Part shown: piece after piece, positions 1 through 7,036 of the stretch
Layout of the letters: every line of letters starts with the position of its first letter
Position numbering within the stretch: the stretch's first letter is position 1
Source: a virus
Taxonomy: Duplodnaviria; Caudoviricetes
Virus record (IMG/VR): IMGVR_UViG_3300042296_000383
Span: 660-64,659 of that record
DNA: 64,000 nucleotides
Reading direction: 5' to 3' (one strand)
The notes under the pieces: generated by a model
What the model was told of the DNA's origin: nothing
What the model saw: only the letters and a program-made list of their open reading frames with translations
The model's database searches: none
Made by a program: the position numbers and the translations under genes

Positions 1-264
1 AGGCATTACTATACAGTGTGTTACAAGGATATTTCGGGGAGTAGGATTCGGTATATAAGAATATACCCTAAGGACGAATCCATCGGGTACGAAAATACGC
101 ACGAACACCTACGCAAACAAGCACTTTAGCGTTTTTTAACGTTTACTCGTTTTGACACTTTTTTCGGGGAGCGATCGAGAACGTGCACACACAACACAAA
201 GAACGCGTTTTCCGGGACGGGGCCCGCTGGTTATGGGAGAGGCGTATGGCGGAGGGGGTGAGGT

Positions 265-545
265 ATCGTACACGCGCGCGACCCCGCCAATCGAAATCGC
301 TTTTTCCGCGACGGGCGGGGTGCTCTACGCGTGCGCGTTTACCGCGTGCGTGCGCGTATAATCCATCGCGTGCGTGCGCGTGGTAATCCCGCGTAAACAT
401 GTGCGCGTGTTGGTATCCCCGTGCACCGTGCGCGTCCCGCATGCGCGCGCCATGGTACTCCCCGCGTGCAGAATGCGTGCGCGAGGTGGGTATTCGTGCG
501 CGTATCGGGGTAAACGGGCGTGAACGTGCGCGTTCGTGGGGCGTG
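265..545. repeat. Non-coding tract of degenerate GTGCGCG repeats (alternating purine/pyrimidine)
   Basis: About 9 copies of (C)GTGCGCG(T) or close variants between 329 and 535; overlapping ORFs are low-complexity R/A/C/H/T artefacts. Confidence 0.7.
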
Positions 546-982
546 TGGACTCACCCCCATTCGCCATTTCCCGCACCTAAATTTCCCCGCTCCCGTCCCT
601 CTCTATGTGGCGCGCTAGATTACTTCGGGAGGGTGTCAACGCGGCACCTGATTGTGAACTTTTCGCGGCGATTATTTCACGGAATGTTCGCGACAGTCAA
701 CGTTAAGCATTTGTTAAAAACTGTGAGCTATCCTTACTCCCACGTGGGCTGTAGCGCTTTCCGCTCACTTTTTCGCTGCCGTTGTACTTTTGTGCAACTT
801 TGCCTGTGTTTCTCGGGCTTGGTCTTGCTTGCTGTGGTATTTTCGGTGTTTTGAATGGTCAGTGTTTGTTGGTGTTTGCGGCGCTTTCCCTTCTGCGTCT
901 CTAGGTTTTGCTCGGAAAATAAAAAAAGTGCCCGCATAAATTAGGGCCTGCAGAACTATTTCGTGAAATTTCATAAAATAAA

Positions 983-1015
983 TTTGGAATAAGCAAATCG
1001 ATGACCGTAGATTTG
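983..1015 (+). promoter_or_regulatory. Bacteroidota primary-sigma promoter driving the early region
   Basis: TTTG (983-986), 21-nt spacer, TAGATTTG (1008-1015); fits the -33 TTTG / -7 TAnnTTTG consensus. Confidence 0.8.
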
Positions 1016-1261
1016 CCTCCGTCAAACAATGACAAGGGAGATACAGAATGCGCCCCTAGTGTTTATGAGTCCGCGAGGCATGTCATACACACCGAAGCAA
1101 GACAACGTGCTAACACCTGCACACGGTAACTCAAGCAGGTCAGCCCTAAGGTAACAAGGGGACGGGAGGCAGCCCGATAATGTGTTCAACATAACACAGC
1201 GATTTAATTAGCTAAACTGCCCCGAGCCGCATAAATAGTGCGGGAGACGAGACAAGCAACA

Positions 1262-1323
1262 GGCTAGCTGCATAGGGCAGCACGCAACGGCGTAAGGTGG
1301 TTCGAGTCCACCGCTAGCTACTA
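1262..1323 (+). ncRNA. Minimal tRNA-like element (about 59 nt plus CTA)
   Basis: Acceptor GGCTAGC/GCTAGCT+A, T-arm GGTGG-TTCGAGT-CCACC, two mini-hairpins (TGC/GCA, ACGC/GCGT) replacing the D and anticodon arms. Confidence 0.7.
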
Positions 1324-1344
1324 ACCAATTTAAATTTCATTATC

Positions 1345-1617
1345 ATGGCAACAAAGCAATTAGTAAACGCTAACAGTCAATTCTTTACAGACATGACAAG
1401 CGCTGACAGGGTGATTAACGTTAACGGTGGCGACATGCCAATCGGTTACTACAACCTCCTCCTCACTATCAGAGACCTCGGACTCTACAAGGTAGGTCTG
1501 AAGCCTAACCGTCATTGGAAGATTACCGACGTCAAGAAGTACTTCGGTATCAAGGGGAGTGCGGAGTCCATGCTCGAGGAGCTAAACACTATCAAGGACT
1601 TTTTAAAAGCAAAGTAA
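1345..1617 (+). CDS. Early hypothetical protein (90 aa)
   Basis: ORF with A/T-rich leader; first gene of the operon. Confidence 0.8.
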   Translation: MATKQLVNANSQFFTDMTSADRVINVNGGDMPIGYYNLLLTIRDLGLYKVGLKPNRHWKITDVKKYFGIKGSAESMLEELNTIKDFLKAK

Positions 1618-1622
1618 TCTAC

Positions 1623-1661
1623 AGCCCCGCCACGAGAGTGAGCGGGGCTTTGGCGGTATAA
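1623..1661 (+). other. Intergenic hairpin-GCRGTA motif, copy A
   Basis: AGCCCCGC-CACgagaGTG-a-GCGGGGCT then TTGGCGGTATAA. Confidence 0.75.
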
Positions 1662-1681
1662 CCATTTAAATTTTCATTATC

Positions 1682-1972
1682 ATGAGCAACAAGCTATCAA
1701 TTCACGGCGAACTGAACAACTTCATTGACTACTACACGTCTGATGACGAACTGCGCCGCAAAATGCGCGACTGCGTTATTGACTACCTAGAAGAGGTGCG
1801 CGAAGAGCCGCCCACGGTTGTCTTTATCAAGACGGTGTACAAGGACGTTGAGGTGTACGAGAAACACTTTGTAGGCGATTTAGACCCGTGCAAAGAAAAG
1901 TTTCCTCTCACGGAACTGTCGGCGAAGGTGCACAAGTACCAAGCGCTAGGCTGCGTGGTTGAAATTCGTTAA
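1682..1972 (+). CDS. Early hypothetical protein (96 aa)
   Basis: ORF; leader nearly identical to that of 1345. Confidence 0.75.
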   Translation: MSNKLSIHGELNNFIDYYTSDDELRRKMRDCVIDYLEEVREEPPTVVFIKTVYKDVEVYEKHFVGDLDPCKEKFPLTELSAKVHKYQALGCVVEIR

Positions 1973-1977
1973 CTAAC

Positions 1978-2019
1978 AAGCCCCGCCACTACCAAGTGTG
2001 CGGGGCTTTCGCAGTATAA
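1978..2019 (+). other. Intergenic hairpin-GCRGTA motif, copy B
   Basis: AAGCCCCGC-CACTaccaAGTG-t-GCGGGGCTT then TCGCAGTATAA. Confidence 0.75.
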
Positions 2020-2039
2020 AACAATTAATTTATTTCATC

Positions 2040-2213
2040 ATGACAACTTACTTCATCTGCAACACCGACAGCTACGGGCAAAGAACGGGCACCTACAGCG
2101 CTATTCAACTGAGCGAAGGCGACGTGAATATAGACAGCTACGGTAACAAGATACACGGCGGCAAATTTCTCTACGACAGCGAGCTAGAAATTGCGCGAGC
2201 GTGTCAAGATTAA
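2040..2213 (+). CDS. Early hypothetical protein (57 aa; start MTTYFIC)
   Basis: ATG after an A/T-rich leader; the upstream GTG lies inside the hairpin. Confidence 0.7.
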   Translation: MTTYFICNTDSYGQRTGTYSAIQLSEGDVNIDSYGNKIHGGKFLYDSELEIARACQD

Positions 2214-2259
2214 CTGATGAGGCTTGAGTAGCCGAAACACCCTTCGGGGTGTCTTAATC
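2208..2259 (+). ncRNA. Type I hammerhead ribozyme HH1
   Basis: GATTAA-CTGATGA-GGCT/tgagt/AGCC-GAA-ACACCC/ttcg/GGGTGT-C^TTAATC; GUC site, cut after 2253. Confidence 0.95.
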
Positions 2260-2276
2260 AATAAATAATTTTCATC

Positions 2277-2657
2277 ATGAAAGTAGAACTAAACATTGGG
2301 CTTGGTAACAACCCCTTCGACGGCAGCGCAGCAGCGCTTTTAACCTTCAACGTGCTAACCAAGCACGGCGCCTCCAACACAGCCTTCAGACTATCGAAAG
2401 GCGAGTACGTGGGCAGCGGCGAAGATAACATTGTCGCAATCTTTGATTGGGACATCAACCACGACGGGCTATGGAAATTTAACAAGGTAGGATTTCAGAC
2501 CCTCCTAGAAGCCCTAGCGACAATTATGACGCAGGAGTGCATAGCCTTCTACGTGCAGGATTGGAACGACGGCGGGCTAACGTTTGCCCCCGAGTACGAC
2601 GGCGAACGTTATGACTTCGATATTCAATACTTCGAACGTTGGGAGGCACAAGGTTAA
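2277..2657 (+). CDS. Early hypothetical protein (126 aa)
   Basis: ORF lying between HH1 and HH2. Confidence 0.8.
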   Translation: MKVELNIGLGNNPFDGSAAALLTFNVLTKHGASNTAFRLSKGEYVGSGEDNIVAIFDWDINHDGLWKFNKVGFQTLLEALATIMTQECIAFYVQDWNDGGLTFAPEYDGERYDFDIQYFERWEAQG

Positions 2658-2701
2658 CTGATGAGTCCTAAGTGGACGAAACGCCGCGAGGCGTCTTAAC
2701 C
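2652..2701 (+). ncRNA. Type I hammerhead ribozyme HH2
   Basis: GGTTAA-CTGATGA-GTCC/taagt/GGAC-GAA-ACGCC/gcga/GGCGT-C^TTAACC; cut after 2695. Confidence 0.95.
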
Positions 2702-2714
2702 AACACAATCTACA

Positions 2715-2900
2715 ATGACGAAGATTATCATTCTATTCTACCTGTTCACCGGACAGGTTCAGCAGGTAGACGACCTGTACACCGTGCACACCGGCACCGG
2801 CACCTACGAGTATGCCTGCGAAGGCGAGGTGTTCAATTGGATAGAGACGGGCACATTCAGCTACGACGACAGCCTGTGTAACTGCGGCGAAATCAACTAA
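2715..2900 (+). CDS. Early small protein (61 aa), hydrophobic N-terminus
   Basis: ORF starting 19 nt after the HH2 cleavage site. Confidence 0.7.
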   Translation: MTKIIILFYLFTGQVQQVDDLYTVHTGTGTYEYACEGEVFNWIETGTFSYDDSLCNCGEIN

Positions 2901-2915
2901 AAAAACCATACAAAA

Positions 2916-3050
2916 ATGAAAACATTTGCTCTTATCGCGTCACTAGCATGCATGGTGACAAGCGCAGTAATCGCTGACCTGTTCCTGTTCGGGATATCCG
3001 TAGTGTCAGTGTTCAGTTCAATTCTATTAACCTTTCAAAAGACTAAGTAA
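2916..3050 (+). CDS. Small membrane protein (44 aa)
   Basis: MKTFALIASLACMVTSAVIADLFLFGISVVSVFSSILLTFQKTK, translated by hand; fills the gap between genes. Confidence 0.7.
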   Translation: MKTFALIASLACMVTSAVIADLFLFGISVVSVFSSILLTFQKTK

Positions 3051-3051
3051 C

Positions 3052-3330
3052 ATGGACAAATTTGCAAGAATCGACACGGCGACAGGTCGCGGCATGAACG
3101 AGGGCTACTGCGTCAACGACGGCGTGGCTTACTTCGAAAACGAGAGCGACCTTATCGCTTACCTACGCAACGAGTGCAACGTTGATGAGAACAACGAACT
3201 CAGCGACGAGTTCATCTTGAACGAGGCTTATAACGTCGAGACCTACTACTACACCGAGTGGGACGCGGACGATGAGGACACCTACTACATAGAGGTCGAG
3301 GGCAAGTGGCTCGAGGTCCTGCAAGGTTAA
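3052..3330 (+). CDS. Early acidic hypothetical protein (92 aa)
   Basis: ORF, very rich in D/E/Y. Confidence 0.8.
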   Translation: MDKFARIDTATGRGMNEGYCVNDGVAYFENESDLIAYLRNECNVDENNELSDEFILNEAYNVETYYYTEWDADDEDTYYIEVEGKWLEVLQG

Positions 3331-3383
3331 CTGATGAGGCTTAAATAGCCGAAACGTGAGGTTGTGCGCCTCACGTATTAACC
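3325..3383 (+). ncRNA. Type I hammerhead ribozyme HH3
   Basis: GGTTAA-CTGATGA-GGCT/taaat/AGCC-GAA-ACGTGAGG/loop/CCTCACGT-A^TTAACC; GUA site, cut after 3377. Confidence 0.93.
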
Positions 3384-3397
3384 AATATAATTCAATC

Positions 3398-3628
3398 ATG
3401 AATCAGCTAATTACAATCTACATTAACGGTTGTTGGGACGCGGACCATACGGACGCGACCGACACCTCACCTGTACGTATCTTCGAAAAGGGGACTGTTG
3501 TTCAAGTCATCGCAAGTCAGTACGACCAATACATTGAAGACCTCGAGGAGAGGGGATATGACTGCTACCTCTGCCCCGACATGTACGCCAATCCTAAATG
3601 GAACGGTGAAATAATTTTCATAAACTAA
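3398..3628 (+). CDS. Early hypothetical protein (76 aa; start MNQLIT)
   Basis: ATG 20 nt after the HH3 cut. Confidence 0.7.
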   Translation: MNQLITIYINGCWDADHTDATDTSPVRIFEKGTVVQVIASQYDQYIEDLEERGYDCYLCPDMYANPKWNGEIIFIN

Positions 3629-3642
3629 TACCATAAATCACA

Positions 3643-3771
3643 ATGAAAAAAGTTATCGCACTAGCAATCATCATCATCACGCTCGCGTCATGCAGCACCA
3701 AGAAACTTACCCACTCACACTACACCAAGGGGGTCACTAACGGGCAGGACGGCTGCGCTTGGCACCGATAG
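3643..3771 (+). CDS. Small lipoprotein (42 aa)
   Basis: MKKVIALAIIIITLAS-CSTKK...; LASC lipobox, translated by hand. Confidence 0.75.
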   Translation: MKKVIALAIIIITLASCSTKKLTHSHYTKGVTNGQDGCAWHR

Positions 3772-3828
3772 GTTAACTGATGAGGTCTGAGTGACCGAAA
3801 CCTAGGGCACGCGCTCTAGGTCTTAACC
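3771..3828 (+). ncRNA. Type I hammerhead ribozyme HH4
   Basis: GGTTAA-CTGATGA-GGTC/tgagt/GACC-GAA-ACCTAGGGC/acgc/GCTCTAGGT-C^TTAACC; cut after 3822. Confidence 0.95.
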
Positions 3829-3843
3829 AATAAATAATTTGTC

Positions 3844-4218
3844 ATGAGTACAACAACACGCGCTATAGGACAGCGCAATTCATTCACACCGCAGGTAGAG
3901 CCTGCACCATTCAAAGTTAACCGCTTCGAGGTAGCTAGACTAGTGAAAGCACAAACCGACGCCGTGACGAGCGGCGTATGGGACTTCCCCATGGAGCACA
4001 AGTTCGACAACAGCGGCGATATATGGGACGCGGTCAACGCAGGCAAGAGCGTGCAGATGTTCGTGAGACAGTGCATGGTCGAGTTCGGCACCATCACGGG
4101 AGCCTTGCTCGGGAGTCAGTTCAACCACGTGTCCCACAGCAGCAAGCACGCCATCAGAAAGGGTGTGCTGAGAGCGCAGCAGTACAAGCAAATCATCGAA
4201 CAACTAAAAGCAAAGTAA
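3844..4218 (+). CDS. Early hypothetical protein (124 aa)
   Basis: ORF starting 21 nt after the HH4 cut. Confidence 0.8.
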   Translation: MSTTTRAIGQRNSFTPQVEPAPFKVNRFEVARLVKAQTDAVTSGVWDFPMEHKFDNSGDIWDAVNAGKSVQMFVRQCMVEFGTITGALLGSQFNHVSHSSKHAIRKGVLRAQQYKQIIEQLKAK

Positions 4219-4225
4219 TTATACC

Positions 4226-4267
4226 AAGCCCCGCCGCTCCCAAGCGTGCGGGGCTTTGGCGGTAGAA
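4226..4267 (+). other. Intergenic hairpin-GCRGTA motif, copy C
   Basis: AAGCCCCGC-CGCTcccaAGCG-t-GCGGGGCTT then TGGCGGTAGAA. Confidence 0.75.
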
Positions 4268-4290
4268 ACAATTTAAAAAACAAACACAAT

Positions 4291-4665
4291 ATGGGACGTT
4301 CAGTAATGACGCTAAGCGGGGCGCAAATGACCGCATACATCGGAGGAAGCAAAGACTTCGAGTGGGACTATCTTATCGAGGAACTGCAGGAACTCGGGAT
4401 GGAACTCGGGATGAACAAGTCTAGCAGATGGGAGGACAGGGAGGTTCTGATCTTGCTCGAAGGCAACGGAGCCGAGGTTGGAATCGCGGAGTACGGCGAC
4501 GTGATATCTTTCGGCATACGAACCGAGATGGAGGATGACCCGAGCGCGGCACGCTGGATTGACAAGAACGGTCCCGACCTTGTGAAGCTATTCCATAGCT
4601 ACGGCGACCCGATACGCAGCGTCGGCACATTCAGCAACGGAGAAACTGTTTACGAAAAAAAATAA
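4291..4665 (+). CDS. Early hypothetical protein (124 aa; start MGRSVM)
   Basis: ATG after an A-rich leader. Confidence 0.75.
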   Translation: MGRSVMTLSGAQMTAYIGGSKDFEWDYLIEELQELGMELGMNKSSRWEDREVLILLEGNGAEVGIAEYGDVISFGIRTEMEDDPSAARWIDKNGPDLVKLFHSYGDPIRSVGTFSNGETVYEKK

Positions 4666-4669
4666 TACC

Positions 4670-4912
4670 ATGAACATTAACGTATTTATCACACCGAACA
4701 AGGTGTACGCAACGTACCGCAAAACAATCTGCCACAAAGAAGATTTCAATCCTAATGATTACGAGGCTAAGCAAGGGTCAATCACGCGGGCACAGTCAAT
4801 AGCCTTCAGTCATGGGACTCAACACGGTTTATGCTTATTAAAACGAATTGAGATTGAGGAAGAATGGGGAGACGATGAATTGTTTAATTATCTAGAAACT
4901 AATATCCATTAA
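4670..4912 (+). CDS. Hypothetical protein (80 aa), AT-rich
   Basis: ORF in operon. Confidence 0.7.
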   Translation: MNINVFITPNKVYATYRKTICHKEDFNPNDYEAKQGSITRAQSIAFSHGTQHGLCLLKRIEIEEEWGDDELFNYLETNIH

Positions 4913-4916
4913 CAAC

Positions 4917-5270
4917 ATGAGCGGAAAAAAGTTTTACAACAGCGGCAGGATTGCCAACGTGTTCAGTCATCAGGACAGGCAGCGCCTGCTACACCACCAC
5001 TCGATGACCTACAAGATTTTTATGGAGCTAAGCGAGACAGGCTACTGGATGAAGCCTTCACTTATCGCAGAGTTCGAGGCGTGGAGCGACGAGGTCGAGA
5101 TACGCATGGGCAAGAAGCCCGACAGCGACTACAGCTACAAGGTGCTAGAGAACTGCGCGGACTACGGACCGCTCACGCTGGCGGAATACTTCGAGGGCTG
5201 CGCTAGGCACACGCGAGCGCTGTGCGAGAGCCTTGGGGCGGAGTACAACGACCACCTCCCGAAGATTTAA
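4917..5270 (+). CDS. Hypothetical protein (117 aa)
   Basis: ORF in operon. Confidence 0.75.
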   Translation: MSGKKFYNSGRIANVFSHQDRQRLLHHHSMTYKIFMELSETGYWMKPSLIAEFEAWSDEVEIRMGKKPDSDYSYKVLENCADYGPLTLAEYFEGCARHTRALCESLGAEYNDHLPKI

Positions 5271-5280
5271 TTTATTTGGT

Positions 5281-5328
5281 TACGCCACCGCCTTCGCTGA
5301 GAAATCAGCGGGGGTTTTGGCGGTATAA
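5281..5328 (+). other. Intergenic hairpin-GCRGTA motif, copy D
   Basis: CCTTCGCTGAgaaaTCAGCGGGGG then TTTTGGCGGTATAA. Confidence 0.7.
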
Positions 5329-5340
5329 ACAAACACAGAC

Positions 5341-5838
5341 ATGAAAGAAATAAAAGCAAGCGACCTCAAGGTCGGCGTCGTGTATCACGACACACCGAAT
5401 GAAAACAAGATAGCGTTCGTCTTTGTAAAGAGAACAGAGGACGCGCTGTGGTTTGTCCCACTATCCCCTTTAGATGCTCTCAAGGCGGCGCTGTACCAGA
5501 CAGACGAGAGCGGCATGATTTCGTTTGTGGATTTAGACATCTCTAAATGGTACTATGACGAGGAGCGATGCAGCCCCGACAGGATGCCCAACGGACTGAA
5601 TGACTGGGCAGAGATTCACCATGAAATTGTCAGCGTAATTACAGAAACGCTTGAACGTCCAGAGAGTGAGTGGGGGGACAACCTGAGATGGTATATAGAC
5701 CAGAGCGGAACAGGCGGGATGTACGAGCTAGGTATTGACCTCACTTGGGCGTTCGCTTACATGCACCAAGACACCGTGTGGGGGGAAGACTTGGACTGGT
5801 CCGATACCCTAGAGGAGTTTATTAACTCAAGCCTTTAA
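5341..5838 (+). CDS. Hypothetical protein (165 aa)
   Basis: ORF in operon. Confidence 0.75.
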   Translation: MKEIKASDLKVGVVYHDTPNENKIAFVFVKRTEDALWFVPLSPLDALKAALYQTDESGMISFVDLDISKWYYDEERCSPDRMPNGLNDWAEIHHEIVSVITETLERPESEWGDNLRWYIDQSGTGGMYELGIDLTWAFAYMHQDTVWGEDLDWSDTLEEFINSSL

Positions 5839-5849
5839 CATTCAGTGAC

Positions 5850-5889
5850 GACCTCGCCCGCATCCACGGGCGGGGTTTTCGCGGTATAA
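5850..5889 (+). other. Intergenic hairpin-GCRGTA motif, copy E
   Basis: GACCTCGCCCGcatccaCGGGCGGGGTT then TTCGCGGTATAA. Confidence 0.7.
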
Positions 5890-5901
5890 ACAAATACAAA
5901 C

Positions 5902-6231
5902 ATGAAAAGATACTTCACGTACCAGAAACAGCGCATGACATTCGAGAGCGCCATGACCCACGTCATAATCGAGGAGACCAACAATCAGACTCAGTCACTG
6001 AAGCTAAGGAAGGGGGTGCACCTCTCGGACTGGATGATGACCAAGGAAGAAGGCGAGGCGAGGCTTCAAGAGATTGCCAAGTACGACTGCGACGGCGCCA
6101 CCATAGTAGACGGAGCCGTGTCCAACGAGGGCAGCAGATACCAACTGCACAGCATCGAGAATCTGAGCGAGATTGAATTGCTTAAAATGTCGCGCGTGCT
6201 ACCACTAACATTTAAAGTATACCAGCCATGA
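5902..6231 (+). CDS. Hypothetical protein (109 aa)
   Basis: ORF; ATGA overlap with the next gene. Confidence 0.75.
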   Translation: MKRYFTYQKQRMTFESAMTHVIIEETNNQTQSLKLRKGVHLSDWMMTKEEGEARLQEIAKYDCDGATIVDGAVSNEGSRYQLHSIENLSEIELLKMSRVLPLTFKVYQP

Positions 6232-6464
6232 ACTACGACGTAATCATACACACCGACGCAAGCGGGCACGCCGCCGTCATCGAGGGCGTGTCCCTCAAGG
6301 GGATAAGATGGCTCGAGGACATGGGCACCACCGAGAACGGTAACCGATACCTCATAGGCAAGACCACCCACAAGGACTGGGAGAGCAGGTGCCACAACAA
6401 CGAAATGCTTTACACAATAGCCCGCCACGAGGCGACGGCACTAGAGATAAGGGGGAGAATATGA
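6228..6464 (+). CDS. Hypothetical protein (78 aa)
   Basis: ATGA-coupled ORF. Confidence 0.7.
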   Translation: MNYDVIIHTDASGHAAVIEGVSLKGIRWLEDMGTTENGNRYLIGKTTHKDWESRCHNNEMLYTIARHEATALEIRGRI

Positions 6465-6688
6465 CAAGGAAAAAACAATGGACACCTATCACCATGACGA
6501 TAGGCAGGGGAGTCGTGGAGTGGGACGACAGCGAGTTCTTGAGCTGGTGCATCTACTACCAAGAAGAAGTGAGAAACTTTTACAAACTGTACCTGCGCGA
6601 GACCAACGACAGGGCCACCACCTACATGGAATTTGCCATGGACATATACACCGACCACAAGGACATGCTAACACCAACACTTAACTAA
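6461..6688 (+). CDS. Hypothetical protein (75 aa; start MTRKKQW)
   Basis: ATGA-coupled ORF. Confidence 0.7.
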   Translation: MTRKKQWTPITMTIGRGVVEWDDSEFLSWCIYYQEEVRNFYKLYLRETNDRATTYMEFAMDIYTDHKDMLTPTLN

Positions 6689-6689
6689 G

Positions 6690-6866
6690 ATGAGAGTAAT
6701 ATCAAAACAGGGGGAGTTCAAGACAACGAACTCCATAACCACGTTCGAGGGCGACGTAACGGTCCGAGAGGGCGACACGTACAAGACCATCAGCGGCACG
6801 CACTACCACCACAACTATCAGTGGGGAGCACACTGGAACATAAACGGAGGTCGGATATGGAAATAA
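6690..6866 (+). CDS. Hypothetical protein (58 aa, MRVISKQGEF...)
   Basis: Translated by hand; fills the gap between genes. Confidence 0.6.
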   Translation: MRVISKQGEFKTTNSITTFEGDVTVREGDTYKTISGTHYHHNYQWGAHWNINGGRIWK

Positions 6867-7036
6867 AGCACACCATACTTACCGTATTCCTGATGTACTA
6901 CGCGAGCCTGCTGTTGCTGGCAGCCCGATGGTCCAAGTCCAAGCCCGTCTGGAGGGGAATAATGATAGCCCTGCCTATCCTGCTGGGAATAGCGACGGCG
7001 TGCATAACATGGAGGTCGCTATGCGCTGGATTATAA
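6857..7036 (+). CDS. Small two-TM membrane protein (59 aa)
   Basis: Two hydrophobic stretches. Confidence 0.6.
   Translation: MEIKHTILTVFLMYYASLLLLAARWSKSKPVWRGIMIALPILLGIATACITWRSLCAGL

Noticed and set aside
143-1025. ORFs in the left-end region
   Set aside because: Low-complexity translations of the repeat tract; they overlap on both strands and lack leaders.
1105-1145. Twister-like words (TAAC...GGT...CAAGC)
   Set aside because: I could not build the twister stems and two pseudoknots; kept only as part of the unassigned leader RNA.
1151-1173. GTAACAAGG and ACGGGAGGCAGC, both resembling conserved 16S rRNA words
   Set aside because: Only 9 and 12 nt, in non-rRNA order and without flanking similarity; likely chance.
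1741-1752. CTGATGA inside ORF 1682 as a fifth hammerhead
   Set aside because: No stem II/GAAA/stem III arrangement follows.
2208-5889. Early-region repeats as a CRISPR array or integron attC sites
   Set aside because: The intervening segments are whole genes, the repeats vary as RNA structures, and no cas or integrase gene is visible.
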